From: Candidatus Dormiibacterota bacterium | Lineage (GTDB): Bacteria > Chloroflexota > Dormibacteria > Aeolococcales > Aeolococcaceae | Length of the DNA: 64,000 bases | Direction: 5' to 3' | NCBI GenBank assembly: GCA_963709585.1 | Contig: CAVPXI010000005.1 | Location: forward strand, 128,001-192,000 | In this document: in pieces, positions 40,693 to 50,828 of the stretch | How positions within the stretch are numbered: the stretch's first letter is position 1 | Layout of the letters: each line of letters opens with the position of its first letter | Program-made: the position numbers and the translations under genes | The notes under the pieces: generated by a model | What the model was told of the DNA's origin: nothing | Database searches by the model: none | The model's input: the letters and a program-made list of their open reading frames with translations, nothing else

Positions 40693-40722
40693 GAGAGCGG
40701 GGCGCTCAGGTGCCCCGCTCTC
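40693..40722. terminator. Hairpin between convergent genes
   Basis: GAGAGCGGGGCGC-TCAG-GTGCCCCGCTCTC. Confidence 0.75.
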
Positions 40723-40723
40723 T

Positions 40724-41799
40724 CTAGCCGAGCGGTACCCAAGCGACGCCGTCCCAGTACCAGACCTGAACCGGCTGCGGCGACCCCTCCGTCGGAGACA
40801 CAGCCGAACCGAAGATCAATATCTGATCACGGTCAACATCTTCAATCTCCGCCGCGATCGTGTCCGGCGGGGCCGCGCCCGGACTTCGGTATCCAGTCTC
40901 TGCCGGTCCACTGCCAGACCTCGGACTGCACGGCGAACGCACTCGAGTAGGTTTTTGCGCCGACCAGCACCAGGCCGCCGGATTGAGGGTCCAGCGCCAG
41001 GCCGGCGATGGCGGGTCCGCCGCTGATGACGGTTCGCCAGGCTGTCCCGCTCCAGCGCAGCGTCGATGTGTGCGCACCGTCGGGCGGTTCGGGGTTGACC
41101 AGAAGCAGCGAGCGCGAAATGGGGTCGTACGACATTGCACCGCCGAACGGCGCGAGCGTCAGATCGCCGCCACCGGCACGCGTCCAATGGCTCGAAGCCC
41201 AGGTCCAGGTCTCACCACCTCCAGTCACCGGTGAAGGGGCAACCAGAACCATCTCGGCTCGGCTGTCGTCCCACGCCATCTGCGCGCCCTCGCCCGGTGG
41301 TGGCCCGTCCAGCCCGGTATCGAGCTCGCGCCAGGTGGTCCCGTCCCATCCCCACGTGTCGTCTTCGACGATGCCCTGTCCAGAGTCTCCCTCCGAACAG
41401 CATGACCATGCGGCTCGCGGGGTCATATGCGATCGCGGCGCCGAATCGACCTGGGGGGCTGGTACGCGGCTTGGCCAATGTCCATCGCAGGCCGTTCCAG
41501 AGCCACGTGGTGTCGTAGCTGTCGACCCCGCCGAAGACGACGACCTGATGGGTCGCCGGATCGTCCGCGACACTGAACCCGAACCCAAGGACCGGGCCGC
41601 GTGGAACGGGCGTCGGAGCGCTTGTCGGGAATACGAACGGCGTCGAAGATGGCGTCGGTCCTGGCGGCGACGTGGTGGGCGGGCGCTGCAAGAGGGCCAC
41701 GGCCACCCCGGCAGCAGCGGTGGCCGCGATCAGCGCCACAAGGATCGCCACCGTCATCCATTTGCTTCTGGGTGCCTGCCCGGCCGGCTCGCCTCCCAT
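40724..41799 (-). CDS. Membrane-anchored Kelch-like beta-propeller protein (frameshifts near 41385 and 40875)
   Basis: TM helix and Pro/Thr linker, then repeats such as YDPASRMVMLFGG..DDTWGWDGTTW, TWLWNG..W and WQWTG..W spread over three frames. Confidence 0.75.
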
Positions 41800-41969
41800 A
41801 ACTCGCAGGATGATGCGCGTGGCAGGTGCGGAACGGGTGACAACCAGCTGGCGTCACCCGCGATGAGTTTCCGCGCCGTTTGAAGTCTTATTACTTGATT
41901 GACCACGGTAGCTAGCGGTCGGCGGTACAACTGTCCCGCCGGGAGCGAAACTCGAATGGAGGAGCCGAG

Positions 41970-42707
41970 ATGCCCGAGCACAAGATTGGAACCCGCGAGG
42001 AATGGCAGGCAGCACGGGACGAGCTCGCCAAGCTCGAGGCCGAGCAGGCGGAGCGCAACGAGGAGATCAAGCGGAAGCGTCTCGATCTCCCGTGGGTTCC
42101 GGTCGAGAAGGAGTATGTGTTCGACAGCGACGACGGCAAGAAGACGCTTGCCCAACTCTTCGACGGCCGCTCGCAGCTCCTCGCCTACAACATCATGTTC
42201 GGCCCTGACTACACGGTCGGTGCCTGCCCAGGCTGCACGAGCCTCGCGGACGGGCTCGACGGCTCGCTCGTCCACCTGAACCACCGCGACGTGACAATGA
42301 TCTGCTTCTCGCGGGCGCCGATCGAGCGGCTGACCGCCTACAAGCACCGGATGGGCTGGCAGTTCCCCTACGTCTCCACCTACGACACCGAGTTTCCCTT
42401 CGACTTCGGCCTTGCGATAACCGAGCAACAGGCACAGCAAACTCCCGAGATCACGGAGATACTCGACAACCCACCGGACTTTCTCCAGGAATGGTCACGC
42501 CAAATCGGTGCTGAGCTCAAGGACGGCCTGCGCGAGAGCCCCGGCTGGATCGCCTTCGCGCGCGAGAACGGGACTGTCTACCACACCTACACGGTGACGG
42601 CACCCGACCCGTTCGTCGCGCCGTACTTCGGCTTCCTGCTCGACCGAACGCCGAAGCCGCAACCTGCCGAGCCCCGCGGGTGGCGCAAGGACGAGTACCC
42701 GGACTGA
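41970..42707 (+). CDS. DUF899 family thioredoxin-like protein
   Basis: GTREEWQAAR, LPWVPVEKEYVF, LFDGRSQL, CPGCT, SRAPI..YK.RMGW and VYHTY. Confidence 0.9.
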   Translation: MPEHKIGTREEWQAARDELAKLEAEQAERNEEIKRKRLDLPWVPVEKEYVFDSDDGKKTLAQLFDGRSQLLAYNIMFGPDYTVGACPGCTSLADGLDGSLVHLNHRDVTMICFSRAPIERLTAYKHRMGWQFPYVSTYDTEFPFDFGLAITEQQAQQTPEITEILDNPPDFLQEWSRQIGAELKDGLRESPGWIAFARENGTVYHTYTVTAPDPFVAPYFGFLLDRTPKPQPAEPRGWRKDEYPD

Positions 42708-42802
42708 GTCAACGCGGGTACTCAAGACGCCGCCGCCGCCGTCGGTACGCTACTGACGCGCCGGCTTGAAGTAGTCGTTGGAACACCGTAAAAGGCTCAG
42801 CC

Positions 42803-43132
42803 ATGAACTTGACGCTTGAAGTTGTTCCCGTGCCTGTTAGTGACACGGACTGGGCGATAGACTTTTACAAGAGGCTGGGTTTCAACGTTGACATGGATCA
42901 GCGCATGAGTGATGAGCTGCCCTTTGTGCAACTCACACCGCCGGGCTCCGGCTGTTCCATACACATTGGCGAAGGCACTTCAACCATGCAACCGGGCACC
43001 ATCAAGGGACTGATCCTAATGGTGGAGAGCGCCGCAGCAGCCAAGGCGGAGTTGGACAGGCGTGGCATGGAGACGAGCGATGTCGAATCCCAGCCGTGGG
43101 GCAAGCATGCGAGGAGCCGGAGTGCACGCTGA
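42803..43132 (+). CDS. VOC/glyoxalase family protein, probably 3'-truncated
   Basis: LEVVPVPVSD..AIDFY..LGF..VQLTPPGSGCSI..PWG. Lacks the usual terminal F.DPDGN motif. Lower GC than flanks. Confidence 0.7.
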   Translation: MNLTLEVVPVPVSDTDWAIDFYKRLGFNVDMDQRMSDELPFVQLTPPGSGCSIHIGEGTSTMQPGTIKGLILMVESAAAAKAELDRRGMETSDVESQPWGKHARSRSAR

Positions 43133-43193
43133 GCCGTAGTTCTCGAGTTTGGGTGACGACCTGAAATCTCGCCTGAACCGCGGAGTGCCTTCC

Positions 43194-44402
43194 TCAGGGT
43201 GGCGGCTCCACGACGGCAATTCCGTCTGCGATGTGGATGCGCCAACGCTGCTCATGCACCGCGCGGTGGTGCGGCCGGCACAAGGAGACCAGGTTATCGA
43301 GCTCGGTGGGACCGTCCGGCCAGTGGATGATGTGGTGGCCATCGGTCCACGCGGGCGGGCGGTCGCACCCCGGAAAACGGCAGCCCTGGTCGCGGAGGTT
43401 CAGCGCGGTGCGGATGTGCGCCGGGATCGTGCGCGTGGCCCGGCCGACCGAGAGCGGCTTCACACTCGTGCTCCTTGCCGTCCACGACGAACCGGCAGCA
43501 CGCGGCGCAACTGTCACCACCGTCCGCACCGCGTCGCAGGCGAGGCGGCGCGCGGTCTCGGGATGGATCGGACCCACGCCGCTCAATGCGGCTGGCTCTG
43601 CATCGACGCCAGAGCGCAGGGTTTCGGCGCTGACCGTGACCGTGAGATGCGGCCGCTGCCCGTGCACGTCGCGGTGGTCACCACAGCGCAGCTGCGTGGC
43701 GGCAAGATCGACCAACGCGTCGGCACGGCGCTGCGACGCCAACCGCGTTTCTCCACAACTCATCCCGTGACTGAGCGCATCGATCGCGGTCTTCACCAGG
43801 GCGCCGCCTTCAGCGTCGAGCTCACCACGGAGGACGAACACGCCCCCATAGGTCTGCTCGCACTCGAACCAGCGACGCTCGTGGGCGCGGTTGTCATCGG
43901 CGAGGACGCCATCGGGGTCGATCCGCAGCCGAGTCGCCTGGGTGAGGGTGCGCATGGCACCAGGCCCGAGCGTCTCGGCCGCTCCGACTAGGATGGTCTC
44001 GAGCGGCGCCACCTGCTCGACGCCGACATCCTCGGCGAGGTGGGCGATCATGGTCACGTTGCTGAAGGAGGCGCGACCGGCACGGGCACTGTCGAGCGTG
44101 GCCGGCAGATCGCCGAGCGTCCGCGCCAGGTGGACACGGTAGGCGGCCGCCTTGGCTGTCATGCCGCAGCGTCGCAGCCAGGACACCGTGCTCCCTCCGC
44201 CGTCGGCCTGTGCTCCGCGAGCGCAATGGAAGCGATGCAAACGGCGGATGAACTCGGCTTCGAGCCGATCGATCGACCGCCGGATGTCGATCAGATCCTC
44301 GGCCAGAGCGTGTGTCGAGGTATCGTCGATGAACTCGTCGACGAGCGTATCGACAGCCTCATCCAGACGCTCTCGCGCATCCGGTAGCGCGAACGCTTCC
44401 AT
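43194..44402 (-). CDS. DUF222 + HNH endonuclease (REP13E12-like)
   Basis: SQRRADALV, ARRLACDA, RDQGCRFPGC..WTDGHHIIHW..GPTELDNLVSLCRPHH. Confidence 0.92.
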   Translation of the reverse strand: MEAFALPDARERLDEAVDTLVDEFIDDTSTHALAEDLIDIRRSIDRLEAEFIRRLHRFHCARGAQADGGGSTVSWLRRCGMTAKAAAYRVHLARTLGDLPATLDSARAGRASFSNVTMIAHLAEDVGVEQVAPLETILVGAAETLGPGAMRTLTQATRLRIDPDGVLADDNRAHERRWFECEQTYGGVFVLRGELDAEGGALVKTAIDALSHGMSCGETRLASQRRADALVDLAATQLRCGDHRDVHGQRPHLTVTVSAETLRSGVDAEPAALSGVGPIHPETARRLACDAVRTVVTVAPRAAGSSWTARSTSVKPLSVGRATRTIPAHIRTALNLRDQGCRFPGCDRPPAWTDGHHIIHWPDGPTELDNLVSLCRPHHRAVHEQRWRIHIADGIAVVEPPP

Positions 44403-44408
44403 TGGCAC

Positions 44409-44438
44409 ATTGTACCAAACATCCGTTCGCCACAGCAA
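44409..44438 (-). promoter_or_regulatory. Leaderless promoter with SOS box for the HNH gene
   Basis: Minus strand TTGCTG-N18-TACAAT-N6-ATG. The spacer contains CGAAC-GGAT-GTTTG (44429-44416). Confidence 0.7.
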
Positions 44439-44994
44439 CGCGCAATGTGGTCCCGATATAGGTTATAGCCATGTCCGGCATTAACCGTCGGCACGCGGCC
44501 AGCCGATGCCAAAGCCGGGATCCTTCAGCTGCGCCGCGACTTGGAGGACAGCGACCCCATAACCCGCCTTTATCAGCAACGCAGCGCGGCCAGCGCATCG
44601 AGGACGGCGACGGCTGATGGCCGAGGGTGTCCGGGGCCGGGCTAAGACCCTTCCGTCCCCACGTGATTGTCAAGTGACTCTGATACGGGCGTATGACTAT
44701 CCCGAATACGATCGGCAATGCCGGCGGCGATGCGGACTGGACCGCCTCGTGCTACGGCTGAATCCAGCCTGGCACCCGCGTTCACCGCGGTTAGCTGCGC
44801 CCTTACCTGGTGACGCTGGCGCGCCGAGTCGGATCAGGAGCATTGCGGCGCAGGCAGGACGCCATTTGAACTTTCTGGCCGAACTCGAACCGCACTTTCG
44901 TTACGCGCCCAAGCCGCTCGCGTCGACCTGCTACTGCATCAGTACTTTGGGCGCTGCGCCTCACCAGCCGGCAACGTCCGGCCATACTGCACCC

Positions 44995-45219
44995 GTGGCG
45001 AAGGTCACGATCCCCATTGCCCGACGATCTTATCGAGGCGGTAGTGTGGAGGCCGGGCGCCGCGGGACGTCCGCAAGCGGGCTGCTTCGGACTATTGCTG
45101 ATGAGACCCTGTACGCACAAAGCGCCCGTCGCGATACCGTGGCGCGGTCTGATGCGATCTCCCGGCTCTCAGGGCTTCGGTCGACAGCAATCGCTACCGT
45201 CACCGCCCAGAGGCCATGA
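44995..45219 (+). pseudogene. Ribbon-helix-helix (CopG/antitoxin-like) gene with compensating frameshifts
   Basis: Composite MAKVTI/LPDDLIEAV/VEAGRRGTSASGLLRTIADE. A CATACT -10 lies 6 nt before the GTG. Confidence 0.6.
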
Positions 45220-48200
45220 GCTGTCGCAAGTGCGGCCACGCCGTGACCTCCGCGGCGAAGTTCTGCGACAACTGCGGCTCAGCCCTCCCCATCTCGTGCC
45301 CACGTTGCGGTGCGGAGGTGGTGGCGGCGGCGAAGTTCTGCGGCCAGTGTGGCGCGCCGCTGACACCAGCCCGGCGCGAGACGCCTGAGCACCTGGTCGC
45401 CGAGCCACCCCCCTCAGGGGCGTCCTTGGAGGGCGAGCACAAGCAGATCACGGTGCTGTTCGCCGACGTCGTGGGATCGATGGACCTGCAGGAGCATCTG
45501 GGTGACGAGGCCTGGCACTCCATTATCGACCGCTTCACCAAGATCCTGAGCGAGGCCGTCCACCGCTTCGAGGGCACCGTCCATCAGTTCACCGGAGATG
45601 GCGTGATGGCCTTCTTTGGGGCGCCGGTCGCCCACGAGGACCACGCCCGGCGCGCCTGCTATTGCGCACTCCAGATGGTGGAGGCGATCCGCCGCTATGC
45701 CGAGGAGCTGAAGCGCACCGAGGGCCTCGGCTTCCACGTCCGCATCGGCATCAATTCCGGCGAGGTCGTGGTGGCGACGATTGGCAATGACGCGCACATG
45801 GAGTACACCGCGGTCGGCCACGCGGTCGGGCTGGCCAAGAGGATGGAGAGCCTGGCCGAGCCCGGCCACCCATATTTGACCTCGCATACTGCCAGACTGG
45901 TCGAAGGCTTCCTCCAGCTGAAGAGCCTAGGCGAGTTCAGCGTAAAGGGCGTCGACCGTGCGGTCACTGTCTTCGAGCTTTTGGGAGTCGGTCCGCTGCG
46001 CACGCCGATCCAGGTGTCGCAGGGGCGCGGTTTCTCCACGTTCGTCGGGCGTGACAGGGAGACGGCCATCCTGGAGGACGCCCTCGTGCAGGCTTCCCAG
46101 GGGCAGGCCCAAGTGATCGGGGTGGCGGGGGAGCCCGGGGTCGGCAAGAGCGGGCTCTGCGCCGAGTTCGCCGCCCAATGCAGTGCCAAACGGCTAACCG
46201 TTTTCCGCGCCCACGGCGTCTCCCACGGCATGGCGATCCCCTTCCTGCCCATTCTGGAGCTGCTTCGCGACTATTTCGGCATCTTGGACAACAACTCGCC
46301 TGGCAAGGCGCGCGAGAAGATCGCCGGCCAGCTGCTCAGCATGGACGCGACACTCTTGGATGGACTGCCGCTCTTCTTCGACTTCCTGGAGGTCGCCGAC
46401 CCGGACCGACCACCCCCCGCACTGCAGCGCGAGGCCCGCATGCGGCGGCTCTTCGATTTCATCCGCAGGGTGATTGAGCGCCGGAGCGCGAGCGAGGGGC
46501 TGACCGTATTCCTGTTGGAGGACCTGCACTGGTTCGACCCCGCGAGCTCCGAGTTCTTGGAGCAGCTGATCGAATCGTGGGCCGGCTCGCGCTCCCTGGT
46601 GCTGACCAACTTCCGGCCTGGCTTCAGTGCCTCCTGGACTCGGCACTCCTACTACCGGCAGATACCGCTGGCGCCCCTCAGCCCCGAGGCGGTGAAGCAG
46701 ATGCTCCAGGAAGCGCTCGGTCTTGATGGTTCCTTGGGTGGGTTGCACGATTTCATCCTCGATCGCACCCGCGGCAACCCCTTCTTCGTCGAGGAGACAG
46801 TTCGCTCACTGATCGAGCAGGGGACGCTGGAGGGCGACCGTGGTGGCTACCGGCTGGTAACCGAGCTCTCTGAACTTGCGGTGCCGGCCACGGTGCAGGC
46901 TCTGCTGTCAGCCCGGATCGACCGCGTAGAGGCGCGCGAAAAGTCGCTGCTGCAGAAGGCCTCCGTCATCGGCCGCATATTCACAGAGCCCGTGCTTGGC
47001 TTGGTCACCGAACTCTCTAATGAGGAACTGTCCGCATCGCTCCACAGTCTGTGCTCGGCTGAGTTCCTGCAGCAGCAGTCGCTATACCCCGTTGCCGAAT
47101 ACCGATTCTGGCACCCGCTCACCCAAGAAGTCGCCTACGGCTCGCTCTTGAGGGAAAACCGAGCACGCATCCATGCGGCCGTGGCCAAAGCAGTCGCCGA
47201 GCTTGAGCCCGAAAGCCTGGATGAGCACGCGGCGCTTTTGGCTCAGCACTGGGAGGCTGCCGGCGAGCCGCTGGAGGCCGCTCGCTGGCACCTCCGCGCC
47301 GCCATCCACTACGGCTGGCGGGACGTGCATGAGCAGAAGCGTCATCTCAGCGCGATAATCGGGCTCCTCGCCAAAGTAATAGAGTCCGACGAGAGCTTCG
47401 ATCTCGGCTGGACCGCCCGTTTCCGGCTAATGCGTATCGCCGTCCGCCTCGGCGCCGAGCAGGGGGAAGTGGATCGGCTCGGGGACGAAGCGCGCGACCT
47501 CGCGGAGCGCCGCGGGGACCAACTGAGGGTTGCGCTGACGTACTACGCAAAGGGCTTTGCCGAGTTGGGAGCAGGCCAGCTCGATAGGGCACTGGCCGAC
47601 GTTCGGGCTGGGATTGACATCGGTGCGCAGATCGCCCGGAAAGAAGTCGCCCTGACTTCGCGTCGTAGTCGGTTTCATCTTGGCCTCGAGAGGTCCGCTG
47701 CCAGAAGCTCTGCCAGAGTTCGAACTTGCGGTGAAAGCCTCCGAGGGCGATGTCGACTTCGGCCTCCGATTGTTCGGCATCAGCATGGTGAGATACAGGT
47801 GGTTCTTTCGGTCCTTGGTGATGTGGCGTATGGGACGCCTCGTCGATGCGGCTGCCGACGCCGAGCGGGCGTTGGAATTCGGCCGGCAAAGCCGCGAGCC
47901 TGAGATGGTGTTGTTTGGCAAATCCGTTCACCTCATGGTGAGCTTCGTACGAGGTGAGGGTAAGGAGGGCGTGTCAGAAGCTCGCCAGACGGCGCGGACA
48001 GCGAACGAAACGAGCCCGATTTCAGCCGTTTACACCCACTGGGCCCTGGGAGCGATCTGTCTCGACGCCGAGCTCTACCTGGAGGCTCAGGATGCCCTCG
48101 GCGATGGATTGCAGTTAGCCCGAAGACATTCCGTCGGCCTCATGGAGGAGGCCACTCTGCTGGCCTTTCTCGCGGACGTTCACCGGGCGATGGGCGATGC

Positions 48201-48558
48201 GGCAGCCGCGGCCGAAACCGCCCAGGAGGCAGTCGAGGTCGCCTGCAAGCAGAACGCCCGTGTTCACGAGTGTCGTGCTCTGATCAGCCGCGCGGCGGCG
48301 CGGCGCGCGCTTAGCGGACTGGATGCACGTGACACGATCCTGGCCGACCTCGATCACGCGGATGCCCTGATTGCAGAGGTGGGCGCCCATGTCTGGTCGC
48401 CATTCGTGCACGTCGAGCGGGCCGAACTCGCCCAGCTCGACGGCGACAGGGAGGCCCGCATCGGTGAGCTAAAAGAGGCTCTCAGTTTGTTTCAGGAGAT
48501 GGGGGCTTCCGGTCGGGCTGCGCGTATAGAGCAGGCGATATCGGCCACGGCTGTTTAG
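45216..48558 (+). CDS. Double zinc ribbon - class III adenylate/guanylate cyclase - STAND (AAA) ATPase - TPR protein; frameshift near 47660
   Basis: Four CxxC pairs. VLFADVVGS, FTGDGVMAFFGAP, RIGINSG, GEPGVGKS, LEDLHW and GNPFFVEE. Helical repeat C-terminus. Confidence 0.9.
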
Positions 48559-48633
48559 CGGGAGATGGCTTTGCCCCGCTGTCAGGGAACGATCGAGAAA
48601 CTGCCGCCCTGCAGGGCTTCTGGCGCGCGCCGC

Positions 48634-49383
48634 TCAAGCCCCGGGGACCTTCTCCTTGAGAAAGCGGTCGATGCGTTCGGCGACCCGCTCCCAGGCCGGC
48701 TCCAGCATGAGGTCGTGCGACTGCCCGGCGAATTGCTCCACCTCCGCTCCGTAAGCCTTCGCGGTCGCCTCCACGTCCTTGCGAGGGATGAGCCAGTCCA
48801 GCTCGGCTCCCACAGCGAGGATGGGTGTGCGGCGCACCTTCTCGCGGTCCGGGCGCACGAAGAAGAGCATTTCAAGGTAGGCCAGGTAGGCATCGTCGGT
48901 CATCATCGCCTGGTAGCGGGCGACCTCCTCCTCGGGGAGGCCGGGTCCGAAGAGCACCTCGCGCGCCCGCGCGGGCGTGCTCACGAGCCTGTAGGAACTC
49001 CAGGTCAGGTTGACAGCGAGAAGGCGTAGCGGATGGCGGGCGGCGATTGCCAGTGTCGCCTGCAGGGCGCCGGTCGGGGGGATGGAGGCGACCAGCACCG
49101 CAGCCGGGGCCGGATGCTCCTCCAAGTACTTCTGCGTTATGAAGCCGCCCATGGAGTGGCCGACCACCACCGGCGGCCTGGGCATCTCCGCCGCGGCGGC
49201 AGCCACGTCGGCGACATAGTCGCGGATCCGCGTCAGCCGCAGGCCGGGCGCGTGACGCTGATCGTGACGGCGGAGCGTGAGGGCGCGGGCGTCGTAGCCA
49301 TGGTCGCGGAACCAGGGCAGGAAGCGCTCTTCCCAGCACCAGGCGCCATGCCAGGTTCCGTGCACGAATAGGACTGGCTGCAA
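48634..49383 (-). CDS. Alpha/beta hydrolase (lysophospholipase-like)
   Basis: FVHGTWHGAWCW, GHSMGG and SHDLMLE. Confidence 0.9.
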   Translation of the reverse strand: MQPVLFVHGTWHGAWCWEERFLPWFRDHGYDARALTLRRHDQRHAPGLRLTRIRDYVADVAAAAAEMPRPPVVVGHSMGGFITQKYLEEHPAPAAVLVASIPPTGALQATLAIAARHPLRLLAVNLTWSSYRLVSTPARAREVLFGPGLPEEEVARYQAMMTDDAYLAYLEMLFFVRPDREKVRRTPILAVGAELDWLIPRKDVEATAKAYGAEVEQFAGQSHDLMLEPAWERVAERIDRFLKEKVPGA

Positions 49384-49475
49384 CGTGGCAGCAATATAGC
49401 GCAGCGGGCTCGTCGCATCACAAACGCTCGAGGGGAATGAGAGAGCGGCCGCCGGAGACGGCGAGCTCGGGTCTG

Positions 49476-49498
49476 CGTTGGGGTCAACGTTGGGTCAA
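49476..49498. repeat. Short direct repeat near the tRNA 3' end (possible integrase arm-type site)
   Basis: CGTTGGGGTCAA followed by CGTTGGGTCAA, about 60 bp downstream of the tRNA 3' end. Confidence 0.45.
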
Positions 49499-49558
49499 AC
49501 ACCAAACGCGTCACCAAGTTGAAACGCGAATCACCAGCGATTCGAATTCAAAACGGGG

Positions 49559-49632
49559 TGGGCGGGCCAGGATTCGAACCTGGGACCGTGGGGTTATGAG
49601 CCCCCTGCTCTAACCGGCTGAGCTACCCGCCC
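49559..49632 (-). tRNA. tRNA with CAT anticodon (probably tRNA-Ile2, possibly elongator Met)
   Basis: GGGCGGG-TAGCTCAGCCGGTTAGAGC-AGGGGG-CTCATAA-CCCCA-CGGTC-CCAGG-TTCGAAT-CCTGG-CCCGCCC-A. G1-C72 is paired, so not the initiator. No encoded CCA. Confidence 0.93.
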
Positions 49633-49698
49633 CGGCGCAAACTGTAGCCCGCGGACGCCCGACGGCACGAACGTGCCGATCTCGGCCAATATGGAGCC

Positions 49699-50286
49699 AT
49701 GAGCGAGATCCCTCCCGTCGTGGCCGATTGCGACCGCGCGTTCACCGCCGTCCAGCGCCTGGTCGACGCCGTGCGCTCGGATCAGTGGACGGCACCCACC
49801 CCGTGCACTGACTGGAACGTCCGTCAATTGCTCAACCACGTGGCCAACGGCAACGTGGTCTTCGCCGGCGTGGCGGACGGGACACGCCCCTCAGGGCCGG
49901 TGACGCCGGAAGAGCGCGCCGTGGATCGCCTCGGCGATCATCCGGCGGCTGGTTTCCGCGCCACCGGTGAGCGGATGCACGATGCCTTCCTCACCCCCGG
50001 TTTCATCGACGGCGCCGTCGAGACCCCGATGATGGGCGTGCAGCCAGGTTCGACCGTCGTGCACATGCGCATCAACGAACTGCTCATCCACGGATGGGAC
50101 CTGGCTCGTGCGATCGGTCAACCGGACGGGCTTCCCGAGGATCTCGCCGAGGGCGCGCTGACGCTGTGGCAGACACGCCTGGCGGGCAGGCCTCGCGAAG
50201 GGATGCCGTTCGGAGTCCCTGAACCGGTCGCGGACGATGCGCCCGCGATCGATCGGCTCGCGGCCTTTCTGGGACGGAAGCCCTGA
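49699..50286 (+). CDS. TIGR03086 family (DinB superfamily) metal-binding protein
   Basis: QWTAPTPCTDWNVRQLLNHV, ELLIHGWDLARAIGQ and DRLAAFLGR. Confidence 0.88.
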   Translation: MSEIPPVVADCDRAFTAVQRLVDAVRSDQWTAPTPCTDWNVRQLLNHVANGNVVFAGVADGTRPSGPVTPEERAVDRLGDHPAAGFRATGERMHDAFLTPGFIDGAVETPMMGVQPGSTVVHMRINELLIHGWDLARAIGQPDGLPEDLAEGALTLWQTRLAGRPREGMPFGVPEPVADDAPAIDRLAAFLGRKP

Positions 50287-50828
50287 CCACCCCGGCACCG
50301 CACCGGCCAAGCAAGGATCAATACTTCCTGCTGATCGCCCTCGCAGCGCGCACGCGTGCCGACTGCCTCGGACGCAGGGTCGGCGCCGTCATCACCCGCG
50401 ACGCACGAGTGCTGAGCACGGGATACAACGGAACTCCATTCGGTATGCCGAACTGCTCCGATGGGGGTTGCCACCGATGCTCACGCCGCGACGACGACGG
50501 ACTCCGCGGCGGTGCGTATGACATCTGCATCTGCGTGCACGCCGAGCAGAACGCACTGCTCACCGCGGCGCGATTCGGTCAGCAAACCCTCGGCGCGTCG
50601 ATGACCACCACCACCCAACCCTGCTTCGGCTGCCTCAAGGAGATGTTGCAGGCGGGGATCAGCGAGGTGCGCTACCTCCATCCCTGGGATCCCATGGAGG
50701 CATACGACGACCGAGCGCTGGTGCAGCAGTACGCGGCGCTGCGCGCCCGATTCGACGCCTTCTCCCAGGTGGGCGATCCGGCGATGGACACTTCGGAACT
50801 CTTCGGAGCGTTTCTCGCGCAAAGCTGA
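50283..50828 (+). CDS. dCMP deaminase / ComEB family cytidine deaminase
   Basis: RPSKDQYFL.IA..RADC..R.VGAVI..STGYNG, HAEQNA and PCFGC. The conserved frame extends upstream of the ORF-track start to a CTG overlapping the previous stop. Confidence 0.9.
   Translation: MTTPAPHRPSKDQYFLLIALAARTRADCLGRRVGAVITRDARVLSTGYNGTPFGMPNCSDGGCHRCSRRDDDGLRGGAYDICICVHAEQNALLTAARFGQQTLGASMTTTTQPCFGCLKEMLQAGISEVRYLHPWDPMEAYDDRALVQQYAALRARFDAFSQVGDPAMDTSELFGAFLAQS

Noticed and set aside
41674-41684. 11-bp match (GGTGGGCGGGC) to the tRNA 3' end near the left edge of the putative island
   Set aside because: It lies inside the Kelch-like coding sequence, is GC-only and too short to call an att site.
44617-44994. 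5' part of the 200-aa ORF 44617-45219
   Set aside because: No protein-like signal. Only the portion from 44995 resembles an RHH gene.
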